A stretch of DNA of 64,000 nucleotides from Octopus bimaculoides (Eukaryota), in contig NC_068984.1 in NCBI RefSeq assembly GCF_001194135.2, forward strand, positions 46,359,964-46,423,963, written 5' to 3'. The translations under genes and the position numbers were made by a program. Shown here piece after piece: positions 1 to 12,620 of this stretch. The notes below the pieces were generated by a model, which worked only from the letters and a program-made list of their open reading frames with translations, was not told where the DNA came from and searched no databases. Position 1 is the stretch's first letter; each line of letters begins with the position of its first letter.

Positions 1-49
1 TATATATATATATACATATATATATATACATATACACACACATACACAT

Positions 50-80
<31 letters not shown>

Positions 81-100
81 CATACATACATGCATACATA
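1..100. repeat. (TA)n/(CA)n compound microsatellite
   Basis: Direct dinucleotide runs at the window start. Confidence 0.95.
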
Positions 101-109
101 CATAAATGC

Positions 110-890
110 ATGTGTCCTTGGGGGGAGGATTGCTCTGCCTTTTGTCCTTTCTTGTACCTTGTACCTGTCAAGGTATCCTTCTTTAGGTTTAGTTCCCACG
201 ATTATTTCTGTATTACGTGCTATTTCATGTAATTCTTTTTCTTTATTCTTCACCTTCCTTTTATATAGTCTGGCATTTTCTTTCTATTTTCAGTTTTGCT
301 TTTAAGTTTTTTCTCTTTTATCCAAATTTGTTTCTTTTTATTTTTGTTCTTTCTTTATCGTTATTCCCTTTCTGTTGTTCTTCTTTCTCTTTCTCGCATT
401 ACCTTCTTTCGTTTCTTTTATTTCCCTCCTCACTACTCCATAAGTTCAAAGTATCAAGAGATCTTTCTTATACTATTTCTTTTCACAAAATTCGGTCTGT
501 GTCCACATTTTTCTTTTCTTTTTACGCTTAGTAAACAAATTCTGTTATATTCTCTTTCTTACAGTAAATATTTTCTGTAATCGTTCTTTATTTTTACCTT
601 CACTTTCTGATACTTCTTCCTGCTTTCCTATTTTTGTTGCTTTTGTCGATTTGTAACTATGCATGACTTGAGCTTTGAGCATCTTACTCCACACCTGAGG
701 CGTTGAAATTAGAGCTGGCGGAAAGTTTGTTCTGACACTAACTAAGAAATATAAACACAAATGTAAAAGGATTTTAATTGACTAATGCTGCCACCCACTC
801 AGCCTAAGTTATAAAAGCTTTTAAACTTTGTAGGTTTCTTATCAAAGCTGAATAGTTGTAGAGAATGTACAGAAAGGTAACTGTTAATAA
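110..890 (-). mobile_element. Possible decayed N-terminal ORF of a Penelope-like retroelement
   Basis: Purine/Lys-Glu-rich minus strand with broken frames (ISQLKSFYICV..., NKEKELHEIARNTEIIVG...) loosely like PLE ORF N-termini; a degenerate hammerhead-like remnant lies nearby at 945-987. No RT catalytic motif is visible. Confidence 0.2.
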
Positions 891-1083
891 TATCAATAAT
901 AATTATATTTGATATAACTTTAAGTGTCGAGGTTGAAACAATAAAAACTGTGTTGAGTTTGAAACGGAATAGAAACTCCGGTAAAGGATATTGGACTGGT
1001 TAGATGAATCTCTCTGCCGCCTGTTGATGATTGCTACATATGGCTACATCAGTAATGGCACTAGTAGTATATAGATGAGACGA

Positions 1084-1195
1084 AGGTGTTAAGCTGTTAG
1101 AATCGATAGCACGTCGGGCAAAACATTTTGAGGCATTTCGTCCGTCTTTACGTTCTGAGCCCAAATGCGACTTTACTTTTCATCCTTCCGGATGA
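1084..1195 (+). mobile_element. tRNA-derived SINE, family B, 5' part
   Basis: Matches the 9192 copy: AGAATC(G/T)(A/T)TAGCACG..GGGCAAAA...GGCATTTCGTCCGTCTTTACG...CTTTCATCCTTCCGGA. Confidence 0.85.
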
Positions 1196-1780
1196 AGATT
1201 CATAGAAATAAGACTGCAGTTACTGTATATAACCTTAAAATACATGCTTCAAGTGCCATGCAATATTATGGGAATCAGGAGGTGTAACAATGTCTGTGGT
1301 GAATACAGTTAAGGTTTGACAAAAAGCGCCTACAAGTCTGTAAATGGTCGCTCGACCAGTTAAAATGGACCACCAAATCTCCCTTAAAATAGATCTTTCA
1401 GTTATAAAAAGCACACATGTGGGAATGGGTCTTGAATTCTTTGGAAGGTCGCGGTTGGAATGCTTTTGTACAGTCATCCCTGGTCTGGCTCAAAACAAAA
1501 ACATCGACAAGAGTGTCTTGCTGACACACAAACTGTTAGAAACAGCAACCAAATATGCCTCAAATCATACCCTACCATCCCAAAGAACGAAAGGACGCAT
1601 TAGCTAATATAATTCTACGTATACAAAAGAATAATAATTGTCCACAGCTTGAGTACTTTTGGCAATAAATTTGCTCATTCAGGGTCAAGCTGAGATTAAA
1701 GAATACCAACAACAATATTACAAATACTTCGCCAACACAACGAAAAGGATAGCAACAGCAAAAACATGAAACAACAAAAA

Positions 1781-1862
1781 CTACTACTACTACCACCACC
1801 GCCACCGCTGCTGCTGCTGCTACTACTACCACTACTACTACTACCACCACCGCCACCGCCGC

Positions 1863-1944
<82 letters not shown>

Positions 1945-1969
1945 GCCACCGCCGCCGCTGCTGCTGCTG

Positions 1970-2040
<71 letters not shown>

Positions 2041-2044
2041 ACTA
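1781..2044. repeat. Compound (CTA)n-(CCA/CCG)n-(CTG)n trinucleotide repeat with higher-order periodicity
   Basis: The block CTA..CCACCACCGCCACCG..CTG recurs three times; it produces the spurious poly-L/P and poly-A/V ORFs. Confidence 0.95.
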
Positions 2045-3063
2045 TATCAGCCAAATATCCTTAAAAAAACTCTAACATCTTAATAAATAATAGACTTACT
2101 TTCATGTATTGCCCGCAAAAAAACGAAAAATATGCAAAACTGAACGAATATACTTCAATCGGCATTGACTACATCTTTTGGATCAAAGCTAACTTATGGT
2201 TTAAACGCAACAACAAGAAAAACAAGAAGGATAACAATAAAAACAATTACAAGAAAAGTAACGAAAATAACAACATCATCATCAGCAAGACAGTTACGGC
2301 AAGAAGTCTAAGAACAAAGCTAACACCGACAAGAACACAAGAATGAGGACCACATCAGTGTAACAAGACAACGACGACAAAATTAAATCACAACAGCCTG
2401 TTTTGTGGTTCGATATTCTGCAAGGGTCAAGTACCGCTTTACTTGTTAAAGAAACACTTCTACATAAAGCAGCTCATATTTAATGCATCTTTGTATCACT
2501 TTGTCTTAGCTTATAGTCTCGAGTTTTGGGGATAAGCCTTTGTAAAGGAACCTGTGATTTGGTTGAAATGACTGTGAAATCTCTCTCAAATCTCATCCAG
2601 CGTTTAAAAAAAAAAACACAAGGAAAGATCTTTTGAATAATTCGGCTCTGGACACATTATGTCAGGAAAAGAGGCGATAGCTGTCATTTAAATCTATTTC
2701 GTCATATATCAACTTAATCAAAGTTTAATTAGTGTTGCCTTTCAGCTAAAAAGAAAACAAACAAACAAAAAAAAACATCAACACAAAAACAAACCACTGT
2801 CTTGAGTAATGTATCACGGCTATGAGCAAAGCAGACCACTAGTCATATACCACAAAATGCCAAACTTTTCACTGGTTAAATGATGTGATTTCAACTCGAC
2901 AGTTATATTTGCTTGCTTCAGGAGATATTAATTTTAATTAATATCATAATTACTAATGATCAATATAAGTCAAGTGAAATGACTTAAGGCAAGGCTTTTC
3001 ACAGAAAACGAGTTAGTTTCGTTGTCAGACAACATCTATATTACAGCAATAATATTTGATCTC

Positions 3064-3731
3064 CGAGGCACACACCTGTTACCTATTTTATTGATCATAG
3101 TTAAAATGACGGCAAATCGTCATGTTCAACAAGGACTAATAAATCTTAATATATGTGATATGTCTGTAGCCGTAAGATACCACCCATCCTTATCTTCGAC
3201 TAACAGACAAACACATAGAAGTGTTTGCTTTCTATGAATAAACTAATATAGTAATCAACCGAAGTTCTCAGTTATTTCCGTCACCAACCTGCTGTGATTG
3301 TTCGCTTTATTTCTATTAAAAACAACGATTTTTTACGTTAGGGTAACTTAGATAGATTTTAAGAGGAGGTGCTGAACAGTTCCTGTCTTTGGNNNNNNNN
3401 NNCGAGGCACACACCTGTTACCTATTTTATTGATCATAGTTAAAATGACGGCAAATCGTCATGTTCAACAAGGACTAATAAATCTTAATATATGTGATAT
3501 GTCTGTAGCCGTAAGATACCACCCATCCTTATCTTCGACTAACAGACAAACACATAGAAGTGTTTGCTTTCTATGAATAAACTAATATAGTAATCAACCG
3601 AAGTTCTCAGTTATTTCCGTCACCAACCTGCTGTGATTGTTCGCTTTATTTCTATTAAAAACAACGATTTTTTACGTTAGGGTAACTTAGATAGATTTTA
3701 AGAGGAGGTGCTGAACAGTTCCTGTCTTTGG
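3064..3731. other. 329-bp identical tandem duplication across a 10-N gap (probable assembly artefact)
   Basis: 3064-3392 and 3403-3731 read identically and are separated only by N10 (3393-3402). Confidence 0.85.
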
Positions 3732-3911
3732 GTAAAAGAAAACATTCAGGTTAATTATGCTTTTGTTCAACATACGAGCCTCTCAGATTCACACACTTAT
3801 TGTAGCGGTCCAAGGGCTTTTTAAAACTCTATAGAAGAACTTGGAGGTTTGGGCTTCCAACCAAGCGTTCCGTAACACCCTTAAATTCAGGAACTTTTCA
3901 GCACCCCCTCG
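3701..3911. mobile_element. Mariner-derived MITE (211 bp)
   Basis: TA-flanked; left AGAGGAGGTGCTGAACAGTTCCTG is the reverse complement (3 mismatches) of right CAGGAACTTTTCAGCACCCCCTCG; no coding capacity. Confidence 0.9.
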
Positions 3912-4719
3912 TAATATTCTGAATTAATCTGTCAAAGTATTGTATGATGTAAGTCAATATTATATCAATGGAGCTCGAATTTTGAGAGAAGTATCAGGCA
4001 ACTATAGTTTGAAGAACATAAAAAAAAATGAAGCAAAAGAATCCTAACGAATTAGTGTGGGTTTCCAAAGAATTTAGTAACCGTGTAAGTTTACCTGGAA
4101 CTTTATTTAAGGAAGATTAAAGATCAAAGGGCTCTGCATCAAGCACCAGAGTTTCCTTTCTTCTAAAGAATCCGACATGTACAACATTGTGAAATATACA
4201 ACAGATTCACTAGAGTCTGCTCACAAAATAGTAACAGTGAATATAGTGTCAGTTCTTCTTGTGACTGTAATAGGTTGCTGTTAGAGTATCATTCAAGGAC
4301 AGTCTATTATCGAAAGGGTTTTGTATTTCTTTAGACAGACTCTAGAGTTAGATTTCGGTTTTATTGCCATATTTTCAAAAGACAGCAATTATGTGATACG
4401 CAGTAACCCATAGAATGGTGGGGAACGAAAGGAAGAAACAAAACCACGAATTAAGTGTTTCTGGAAAAGGAGGAAATAAAAGAATCAAGTTAGTCTCAGA
4501 TGAAGTCGTGGACAAAATGATAACAAGTGTGTTATGTCTTGCTGAAGCCATTCGAGATCCTGGTGCTACAAGGCAGGATTTTGCCAGTCCTTTGTGTGCT
4601 ACGTATATTTATCTTGAAGTTGAGAAAGCATAGGAGAATTGGATATCAGTAAATAGTGGATAATCGTGATATGAAAAATAATGAAGTTTAATTTATTAAT
4701 AAATATATGAATACGCTCT

Positions 4720-4751
<32 letters not shown>

Positions 4752-5572
4752 CCAATTCAATATATATGAAATGATATAGTCACTATTTTTGACGCTATGA
4801 ATTTACTACGAGAAATAAATAAAATATTAATGACATGCTAATGAGTTTTACTTTGATTCACAGTTATTCAGACGAATTAAGTTGCTTAGAATTCGGAGAA
4901 TATACTTTCTTATAAAATTCAGTCATGAAAGAACTGTGTGTTTGCATTGATTNNNNNNNNNNNNNNNNNNNNNNNNNNNNNNNNNNNNNNNNNNNNNNNN
5001 NNNNNNNNNNNNNNNNNNNNNNNNNNNNNNNNNNNNNNNNNNNNNNNNNNNNNNNNNNNNNNNNNNNNNNNNNNNNNNNNNNNNNNNNNNNNNNNNNNNN
5101 NNNNNNNNNNNNNNNNNNNNNNNNNNNNNNNNNNNNNNNNNNNNNNNNNNNNNNNNNNNNNNNNNNNNNNNNNNNNNNNNNNNNNNNNNNNNNNNNNNNN
5201 NNNNNNNNNNNNNNNNNNNNNNNNNNNNNNNNNNNNNNNNNNNNNNNNNNNNNNNNNNNNNNNNNNNNNNNNNNNNNNNNNNNNNNNNNNNNNNNNNNNN
5301 NNNNNNNNNNNNNNNNNNNNNNNNNNNNNNNNNNNNNNNNNNNNNNNNNNNNNNNNNNNNNNNNNNNNNNNNNNNNNNNNNNNNNNNNNNNNNNNNNNNN
5401 NNNNNNNNNNNNNNNNNNNNNNNNNNNNNNNNNNNNNNNNNNNNNNNNNNNNNNNNNNNNNNNNNNNNNNNNNNNNNNNNNNNNNNNNNNNNNNNNNNNN
5501 NNNNNNNNNNNNNNNNNNNNNNNNNNNNNNNNNNNNNNNNNNNNNNNNNNNNNNNNNNNNNNNNNNNNNNNN

Positions 5573-5615
<43 letters not shown>

Positions 5616-6259
5616 TATATACATATGTATACATACATATAAATATATATATATATATGTATGTATGTATGTGTGTGTGTGAATATATAATGTGTGCATG
5701 TGTGTTAGTGTATACATTAGTAGTCTCAAACTAAGATCCACATAACATAGGGATTCTTATACGTAAAACCCTTCTGATCGTATTCACACTGCCGTTCAAA
5801 AGGTTTAAGCTATCTTGTGGCCTAAATATACTTCATTGGATGAAGTTTATACTCTGTTCCTACGAAAGCTATGCTGGACAGATGATATACTGCAGTTGAG
5901 TTTTGCAACTACTAGTGAATATTGTTGAGAGACTGTGATTGTGGACAATTCAGAAGCAATGCAATAGACATCAGTACTATATTTAATTAGGTAAACTGGG
6001 GCTCTCTAGAAATCAGAATACCTCATTTATATATAAGTTATATATAAGGCAGTGAAAACGTCCAGGTGTATGTTATGGACGACTTTGTGCTTAAGCGGGA
6101 TAGAGATTTTAGATCAGCTAAAAAAATATTCTGACAAACATTGCGTCAACTTCATAACAAGAAGCCCTCTTCCACACCTTCTATTCACAACTGCAGTTGG
6201 GTTCTTCACTCTACGGGTAAGAGGATCCTTGGCACGTAGAGAGATTACTCTGCTAAGAT

Positions 6260-8120
6260 CTTAAATCCAGTCACCAAAATATATTTTGGTGGACATATTG
6301 TGCATCTAGGGAGGAAAGCATAACCTCACAGAGTTAAAATATAGCCACACTGCTGTGGATGGTTCCCTCACAGATAGTCCAACTAAGCTCATTGAGGTAC
6401 TGAATGACCAGTTCAAAAATATCTTTACCACCCCGTTGGAACACAGACAAGTGAACGAACCTGTGGATTTCTTTGCCGCCTCACCTATAACCAGGTAGAC
6501 AGTTACGATGGAATACATAGACGTTAGCGATGAAGATATAATACTCGCCATAGATGAGGTAGATGCAAATTCAGCTGCAGGTCCTGATGATTTCCAGCAA
6601 GCCTTCTCAAATCGTGAAAGCGTGGCCTGTCGAAACCACTACAGATTCTCTTCCAGAGCTTTCTTGCAAATGGCAGGCTGCCAAGAAAACTGAAGGAGGG
6701 AATAATATGCCCAATCCATAAAGAAGGAAGCAAGCACATGTCAAAAACTATAGACCTATCTCTGACTTCACACATCAACAAAGTCAAGGGACGGATAATC
6801 AGAGGGAAACTAATCGCATTCCTTGAAGAAAACGACCAGCTGAGTGATACCCAGCATGGCTTTCAAACAGGTAGGAGCTGCCTGACCCAGCCCTTACAGC
6901 GCTATGACTGGGTGTTGAGGCAGTTACTCAACAACTTTGACTTTGCAAAAGCTTTTGATAAAGTGGAGCATGATATGGTATGCCACAAACTGAGTGATCT
7001 CGGCAGAGCTGGAAAAGTTGGAGTGTGATTACATGACTTTCTGAAAGATAGAAGACGGACAGTAGTAGCCAATGCAGCCACCTCAATGAAAACACAAATA
7101 GTGAGCGGTGTTCCACAGGGCACTGCCTTGGGACCACTGCTTTTCAGAGTGGCCTTCTCAGATATAACCCCAGCTCGGATAGCTCCACCCCTTGCTAGCT
7201 ATGCAGACGATACGAAAGTTTTGCAGAAAATACAGAACCCCAGCGATGTTGTCCACTTGCAGCAGAAGTTAGACTCAATTTACAGATGGGATGAAGATAA
7301 TGATATGCAGTTTAAAAATGAAAAAAATTCTAAGCCCTGCTCTACCAGTGCCCTAAACTGAATATAAAACTGACAGGGTACATTGGTCCACAGGGGATTA
7401 CAATCCCAAAGCCTAAATCAGTCAGGGACGCGGGTATCGACATGAGTGATAATACGTTAACAGATGACTGGCTCGATGGATCGCGAGAACGTTCAGAAAC
7501 AGAGAGAAGGAAACCATGATAAATGATCCTCTGGAGGATATTCGTCCTCAGCAGTCTGGGTTACTACTCCCAGCTATGGTCACCCAACAGTGTAAAATAA
7601 ACAGTGGACCTTCAAGCAATTCAGCGAAGCCCCACAAAGAACATCATCTCATTGCAGCAACTTAGCTACTGGGAAAGGCTGAAACAGCTAAGACTCTACT
7701 ACCTGGAGCGAAGGCGGGAGAGGTATGCAGTAATATACATCTGGAAGATCCTGGAAGCAATTGTGCCAAATTTTGGCATTGGAAGCCAGAGCGGGTCGAC
7801 ACTGTGCAGTGCCAAAGATCTCAGCAATGCCATCGCGCTTCAGAACCAGTTACTACAACAGCCTGGGTTTCAGGGACCCACAGCTTTTTAATATTCTCCC
7901 AAAGAGCCTGAGGGACCTACACAACAAGTGGATGTAGGCGTGTTCAAATCAAAACTGGACCTCTTCCTGTCGAGAGTCCCAGATGGTTCTACCTCGCGGC
8001 AAGATTAGACTAGCGTCATCAAACTCCCTTATTCAACAAATGTCACATATTAGAGTAGGATCTCAATAATAACTGTGTAGCAACGCAGTGGTGACCCATC
8101 ATGGCCACAGCTCAGTTCTG
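6260..8120 (+). mobile_element. CR1/Jockey-group non-LTR retrotransposon, 5'-truncated, reverse transcriptase pseudogene
   Basis: Frameshifted RT motifs: QHGFQTGRSCLTQ, DFAKAFDKVEH, SGVPQGTALGPLLF, YADDTK; CR1-type C-terminus LSYWERLKQLRLYYLERRRERY. Multiple stops and frameshifts. Confidence 0.92.
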
Positions 8121-9191
8121 AAAAACTGATATATATTTCTTATACATAAATACATACATATACATACATATATATAAATAACTCTATATGTATGTAAATT
8201 TATATGTGTTTGTATGTATGCACGCCAGTTTGTATAGTATATCTATCTATCTATCTATCTATCTATATATATTACACACGCACGTGCATATATATATATG
8301 TATATANNNNNNNNNNNNNNNNNNNNNNNNNNNNNNNNNNNNNNNNNNNNNNNNNNNNNNNNNNNNNNNNNNNNNNNNNNNNNNNNNNNNNNNNNNNNNN
8401 NNNNNNNNNNNNNNNNNNNNNNNNNNNNNNNNNNNNNNNNNNNNNNNNNNNNNNNNNNNNNNNNNNNNNNNNNNNNNNNNNNNNNNNNNNNNNNNNNNNN
8501 NNNNNNNNNNNNNNNNNNNNNNNNNNNNNNNNNNNNNNNNNNNNNNNNNNNNNNNNNNNNNNNNNNNNNNNNNNNNNNNNNNNNNNNNNNNNNNNNNNNN
8601 NNNNNNNNNNNNNNNNNNNNNNNNNNNNNNNNNNNNNNNNNNNNNNNNNNNNNNNNNNNNNNNNNNNNNNNNNNNNNNNNNNNNNNNNNNNNNNNNNNNN
8701 NATATATAAATGATGTACATGTTTGTTTGTGTGTGTGTGTGTGTGTGTTTGTGTGTTTACAGAATGTGAAAGACTTTTGCAGTGTAATGTTTGGAGCAAT
8801 TCCAATGTCTTTATGCTTTATTGGCAACTACATTTCTATGCCAGATTGCATGCCTTATGTTATTTAGTCGTGCCATTCTATGTTCTGAACTCACACCCAA
8901 GAGTCGATAATATTATCCAAAATAACTATATTATTATCTTCGATTTTATTTCAGTATTACTCTATTTCAGCGCTTCTCAATCCATATCAACTATCGCACC
9001 CACGCTTTTTTTTACAAACTTTGTTTTGATTTTTCAAAATCTTTCCACAATCAGCGAAACTAAATACACTATAGGCATATGTGCACTCCCGCGTTCACAC
9101 TCACAGGTATATATATGTATGTACAAATACAAGCCAGATGTACTTAGTGGCTGCCACAAATTGCATGTTTGGAAATACCTACAAATTGGAA

Positions 9192-9303
9192 GGCGGTGAG
9201 CTGGCAGAATCTTTAGCACGCAGGGCAAAATTCTGAGCGGCATTTCGTCCGTCTTTACGCGCTTGACTTTCTGTTATATGCATATTAATACATAGCCGTT
9301 TTC

Positions 9304-9339
<36 letters not shown>

Positions 9340-9712
9340 CATACAAAAATATTGTTGTATGTAATATAATTTTAATCTTCGGATTTTTTTAATATGCTAG
9401 ACCACTGGTTTTAATTGATTAATATCAATTTCTACCCTCATTAATAAATTATATNNNNNNNNNNNNNNNNNNNNNNNNNNNNNNNNNNNNNNNNNNNNNN
9501 NNNNNNNNNNNNNNNNNNNNNNNNNNNNNNNNNNNNNNNNNNNNNNNNNNNNNNNTATATATATATATATATATGCAAATTCCGCCGACGTCGACTTTCC
9601 CTTTCATCCTTCCGGAATCGATAAAATAAGTACTAGCTGTGCACTGGGGTTAATGTAATCGACTTAGTCCTTCCCTGTAATTGATCGCTTTGTGCCAAAA
9701 TTTCAAACCAAA
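9192..9712 (+). mobile_element. SINE family B, full length but interrupted (9260-9575)
   Basis: Head GGCGGTGAGCTGGCAGAATC...GTCTTTACG (9192-9259) resumes as CAAATTCCGCCGACGTCGACTTTCCCTTTCATCC...GATAAAATAAGTAC (9576-9712). Confidence 0.85.
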
Positions 9713-9717
9713 AATTA

Positions 9718-9965
9718 AGATTTGGTGGATGAAAACTGAAGTGTGTGTGAGTGAGTGTTTGTTCGTGTGTGCGCGCATACATGTGACACCCCATGTGTCT
9801 TTGTTTTACAATATGTTTGTCTCTCCCTAACCTTTGACAACCGGTGTTGTTGTGTGCACATCCCGAAAAGGTTGGTATTTCGGCAAAACTTTTCGATATG
9901 AGAAACAAACTTGGGTTCAATTTGTTCGACTCAACCATTTCAGACGGTGTCTCAAATTGTTCGCA
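9718..9965 (+). mobile_element. SINE family A, 5'-truncated and diverged
   Basis: TTTGGTGGATGAAAACTGAA, an internal (TG)n, TTGACAACCGGTGTTG and TTCGGCAAAA align with the 33603 copy. Confidence 0.65.
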
Positions 9966-10683
9966 GCTCAATGCCTGGGATAAGTAAGAGGTAAAAGATA
10001 TTTTGCCAGCATTCAAGGTTATTGAAGAAGATACTTGGTCAGCGTTCCCTGCAGCGATTCCAAAACCTAGAATCATGTGATTCCAAAGTAATGCTGTTAA
10101 CGAAAGAAATCTACGTGTGCTCAATTCAGTAGAAATAACACCCTTCTGCTATAAGTCTATGATATAAATATGTAAGAGACCCAGCTGCAAAAATTATTTA
10201 AAAAAAAAATAAAAAGTTTATAGCTTTGCTATCATAATAGAGTCTCATATTGCCTATTTACACCTTCTCTTCAGCTAGAATGTGCAAGAAAGCAAACATT
10301 GTAAGTATTATTAGAAGTATTAAATAAGATCTAAAAGCATAAATATCTTGGTAGCAATTAAGTAGACTAAGTATATGATGTTTAAATGTAAGAAGTATAG
10401 GAGAGGAAGTTATACGAAAGTTCACCGTAATGCAAAATAAAGTGAAATAACTACCAATAGTATGTATTTAATATATGATTTAGCTTGATGAGATTCCAAA
10501 TGTATGCACAAAACGGAAACATCTAACGGAATTAAGACACCTTCAAAGAAAAGTTGATACGGAACAATATTTGCATACGAAGTTAAACAGAGGCAACCGT
10601 CTTACATCTGTTAAAATAGGCCAGGAAATATAGTCTACATGTGGTCTTGAAATTAAAACGTGACATTCACGTAAAAAACTAAT

Positions 10684-10745
10684 TCTTTTATTCTGATACT
10701 TGTCTTAGTCATTTGACTGCGGCCATGCTGGAGCACTGCCTTAAG
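10684..10745 (-). mobile_element. SINE family A 3' tail fragment
   Basis: AGTCATTTGACTGCGGCCATGCTGGAGCAC, nearly identical to the tail of the 43681 copy. Confidence 0.8.
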
Positions 10746-12442
10746 AATTATCCACTTTTTAATTACGTAAACTGCCATAATGTGTGAGGCCAATATACAG
10801 ACGACAGAAAAATTTTGCCGGCTTTCACTGGTTTCCAACATTCCTTCAGGCTAAATTTATTTTGAGTACGATTAAAAGTATTTTTACAAAGTACAAAACT
10901 AAAATTTTGTTGCTTTGTAAATTTTTCATGCAGGGTAATATATTAAATGTCATTAGTTTTTCGACTGTCACAGAGATCAACATTAAATTCAATTCGTGCT
11001 GTATAAGAAAATCACTGTGATGATATTGCAATATATTATATGTAAAATAATAATATTCTTTTTTTTTTACTGGTTATCAAATACAGAAAGAGCAAGAAAA
11101 GAGAGAGAGAGAGAGAAAGAGCGGGGGGGGAGAGATGGGAGAGAAAGAGGGTGGGTGAGGTAGTGAGATAAAGCGAGGGAGAGTAAAATCACGTTAACTC
11201 TGCGGTTTGATACCATAATATAATATAGTTTGTTGACTTTGGAGCGATGAAAGACGGGGTTTGTCCCAGTGGAATTGGAACTTAAAATTTCATAAGAGCT
11301 AACATTCAACGTTCCACTATTTCTGGCATTCCATCATTTTTTTTTTCTTACAAGCAACCTTAATTCTTCATATTGGCATAGTGCCAAACATTTGTTTATA
11401 CATTTTATGCAGTAATTGTATCAATTAACACAATAAACATATATTAAACTATATATAAGACTATAAACGGGTATTAACTTTATATATAAGAGAAATAAAA
11501 TGAATATTTAGTTGCAATATTTACAAACTAAGAATACACCAGATATCGTAAATACCCTTGAGAGCTTCGAGAGAAAAGCGTAACGAAGATAGGAAAAAAT
11601 ATATATATAGGAAAAGGAACGAAAGATGCAAAAGGCAGAACAATAGAATACATACAAGGGTTAATGTTTTTTGGTTAATACTCTCAAGAAGTTTATGAGA
11701 CAGAATGCTGGAGAGAACCAATTTATATCTAATTTAAAATCCTAATTCGAAAACATATCTCATACGTAAGGAGGAAAAGAAATTACGTATGATTGGTGTT
11801 TGAATGCTTTGGCGTAACAATTGTATTATGAGTTGAGATAATACCGCACAATTTAAATACCAACAACTGTCCTATGTCCATCTGGTATGAATATATCCAT
11901 CTTTTATAAGGAAGGAAATAAGATAAGAATGATGACATTTTTCTAAAACGGCTTTGTGCTGGCCGAGTAAAGTTTGGTCACTTTTTTGTAGAACTCTCTT
12001 AGGTTCATAGAGTTAGGTTAGATATTTAAGTTCATTTGAAATCTGAAAGGTACATTGTCAGTTTAGCTGTTGGTGTGCCAAGGTTAGTGACTTTTATATT
12101 AAAAGTTAGAAATAATCGAATTGGCGCTTCTCTTCGCCTAGATAGAAAACACATTTGCTTTTTTATTCCCCTTCTCATAAACTGAGTTTTACTTATGTTA
12201 TCGAAAACACTGCACGGACCTGAAAAACAACAATTGGAAATGATTTTGAAGATTGTATTTATAGTTTGTACGAGGACAGCTTCACTTTGTAACAAATCGA
12301 TTCTGGCCATGAAGAAGGTCTGGACACTCGCTCTTCTTTAATTCATAACCAACACTCTGCACTCCAACTTGTTCTTCAGACCTTGCTTGATATTACCATT
12401 GGCCGCGGAGCATCGGCCTAACTTACCTCTCTGGAAAAAAAC

Positions 12443-12443
12443 A

Positions 12444-12479
<36 letters not shown>

Positions 12480-12620
12480 TGTATGTATGTATGTATGTAT
12501 GTATGTATGGATGGATGGATGGATGTATATGTGTGTGTGTTCTTGTGTGTGTGATTGTGTGTGTATTTTTGTGTGTGAATGTGTGTATGTGTTTGTGTGT
12601 GTGCATGTTTGTGTTTTTGT
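12443..12620. repeat. (TATG)n-(GATG)n-(TG)n compound microsatellite
   Basis: Direct repeats; source of the spurious MYVC/HTYI ORFs. Confidence 0.95.

Noticed and set aside
4864-5741. Long X-containing ORFs here and at other gaps, plus MYVC/HTHT/poly-amino-acid ORFs
   Set aside because: Products of N runs and microsatellites.
12421-12441. Minus-strand TTTTTTTCCAG-AGAG-GTAAGT, a 4-nt microexon-like arrangement
   Set aside because: Strong splice signals, but not frame-preserving, no known host gene, adjacent to a microsatellite and near a mariner-like terminus (TA-CGAGG at 12269-12275). Needs spliced reads.
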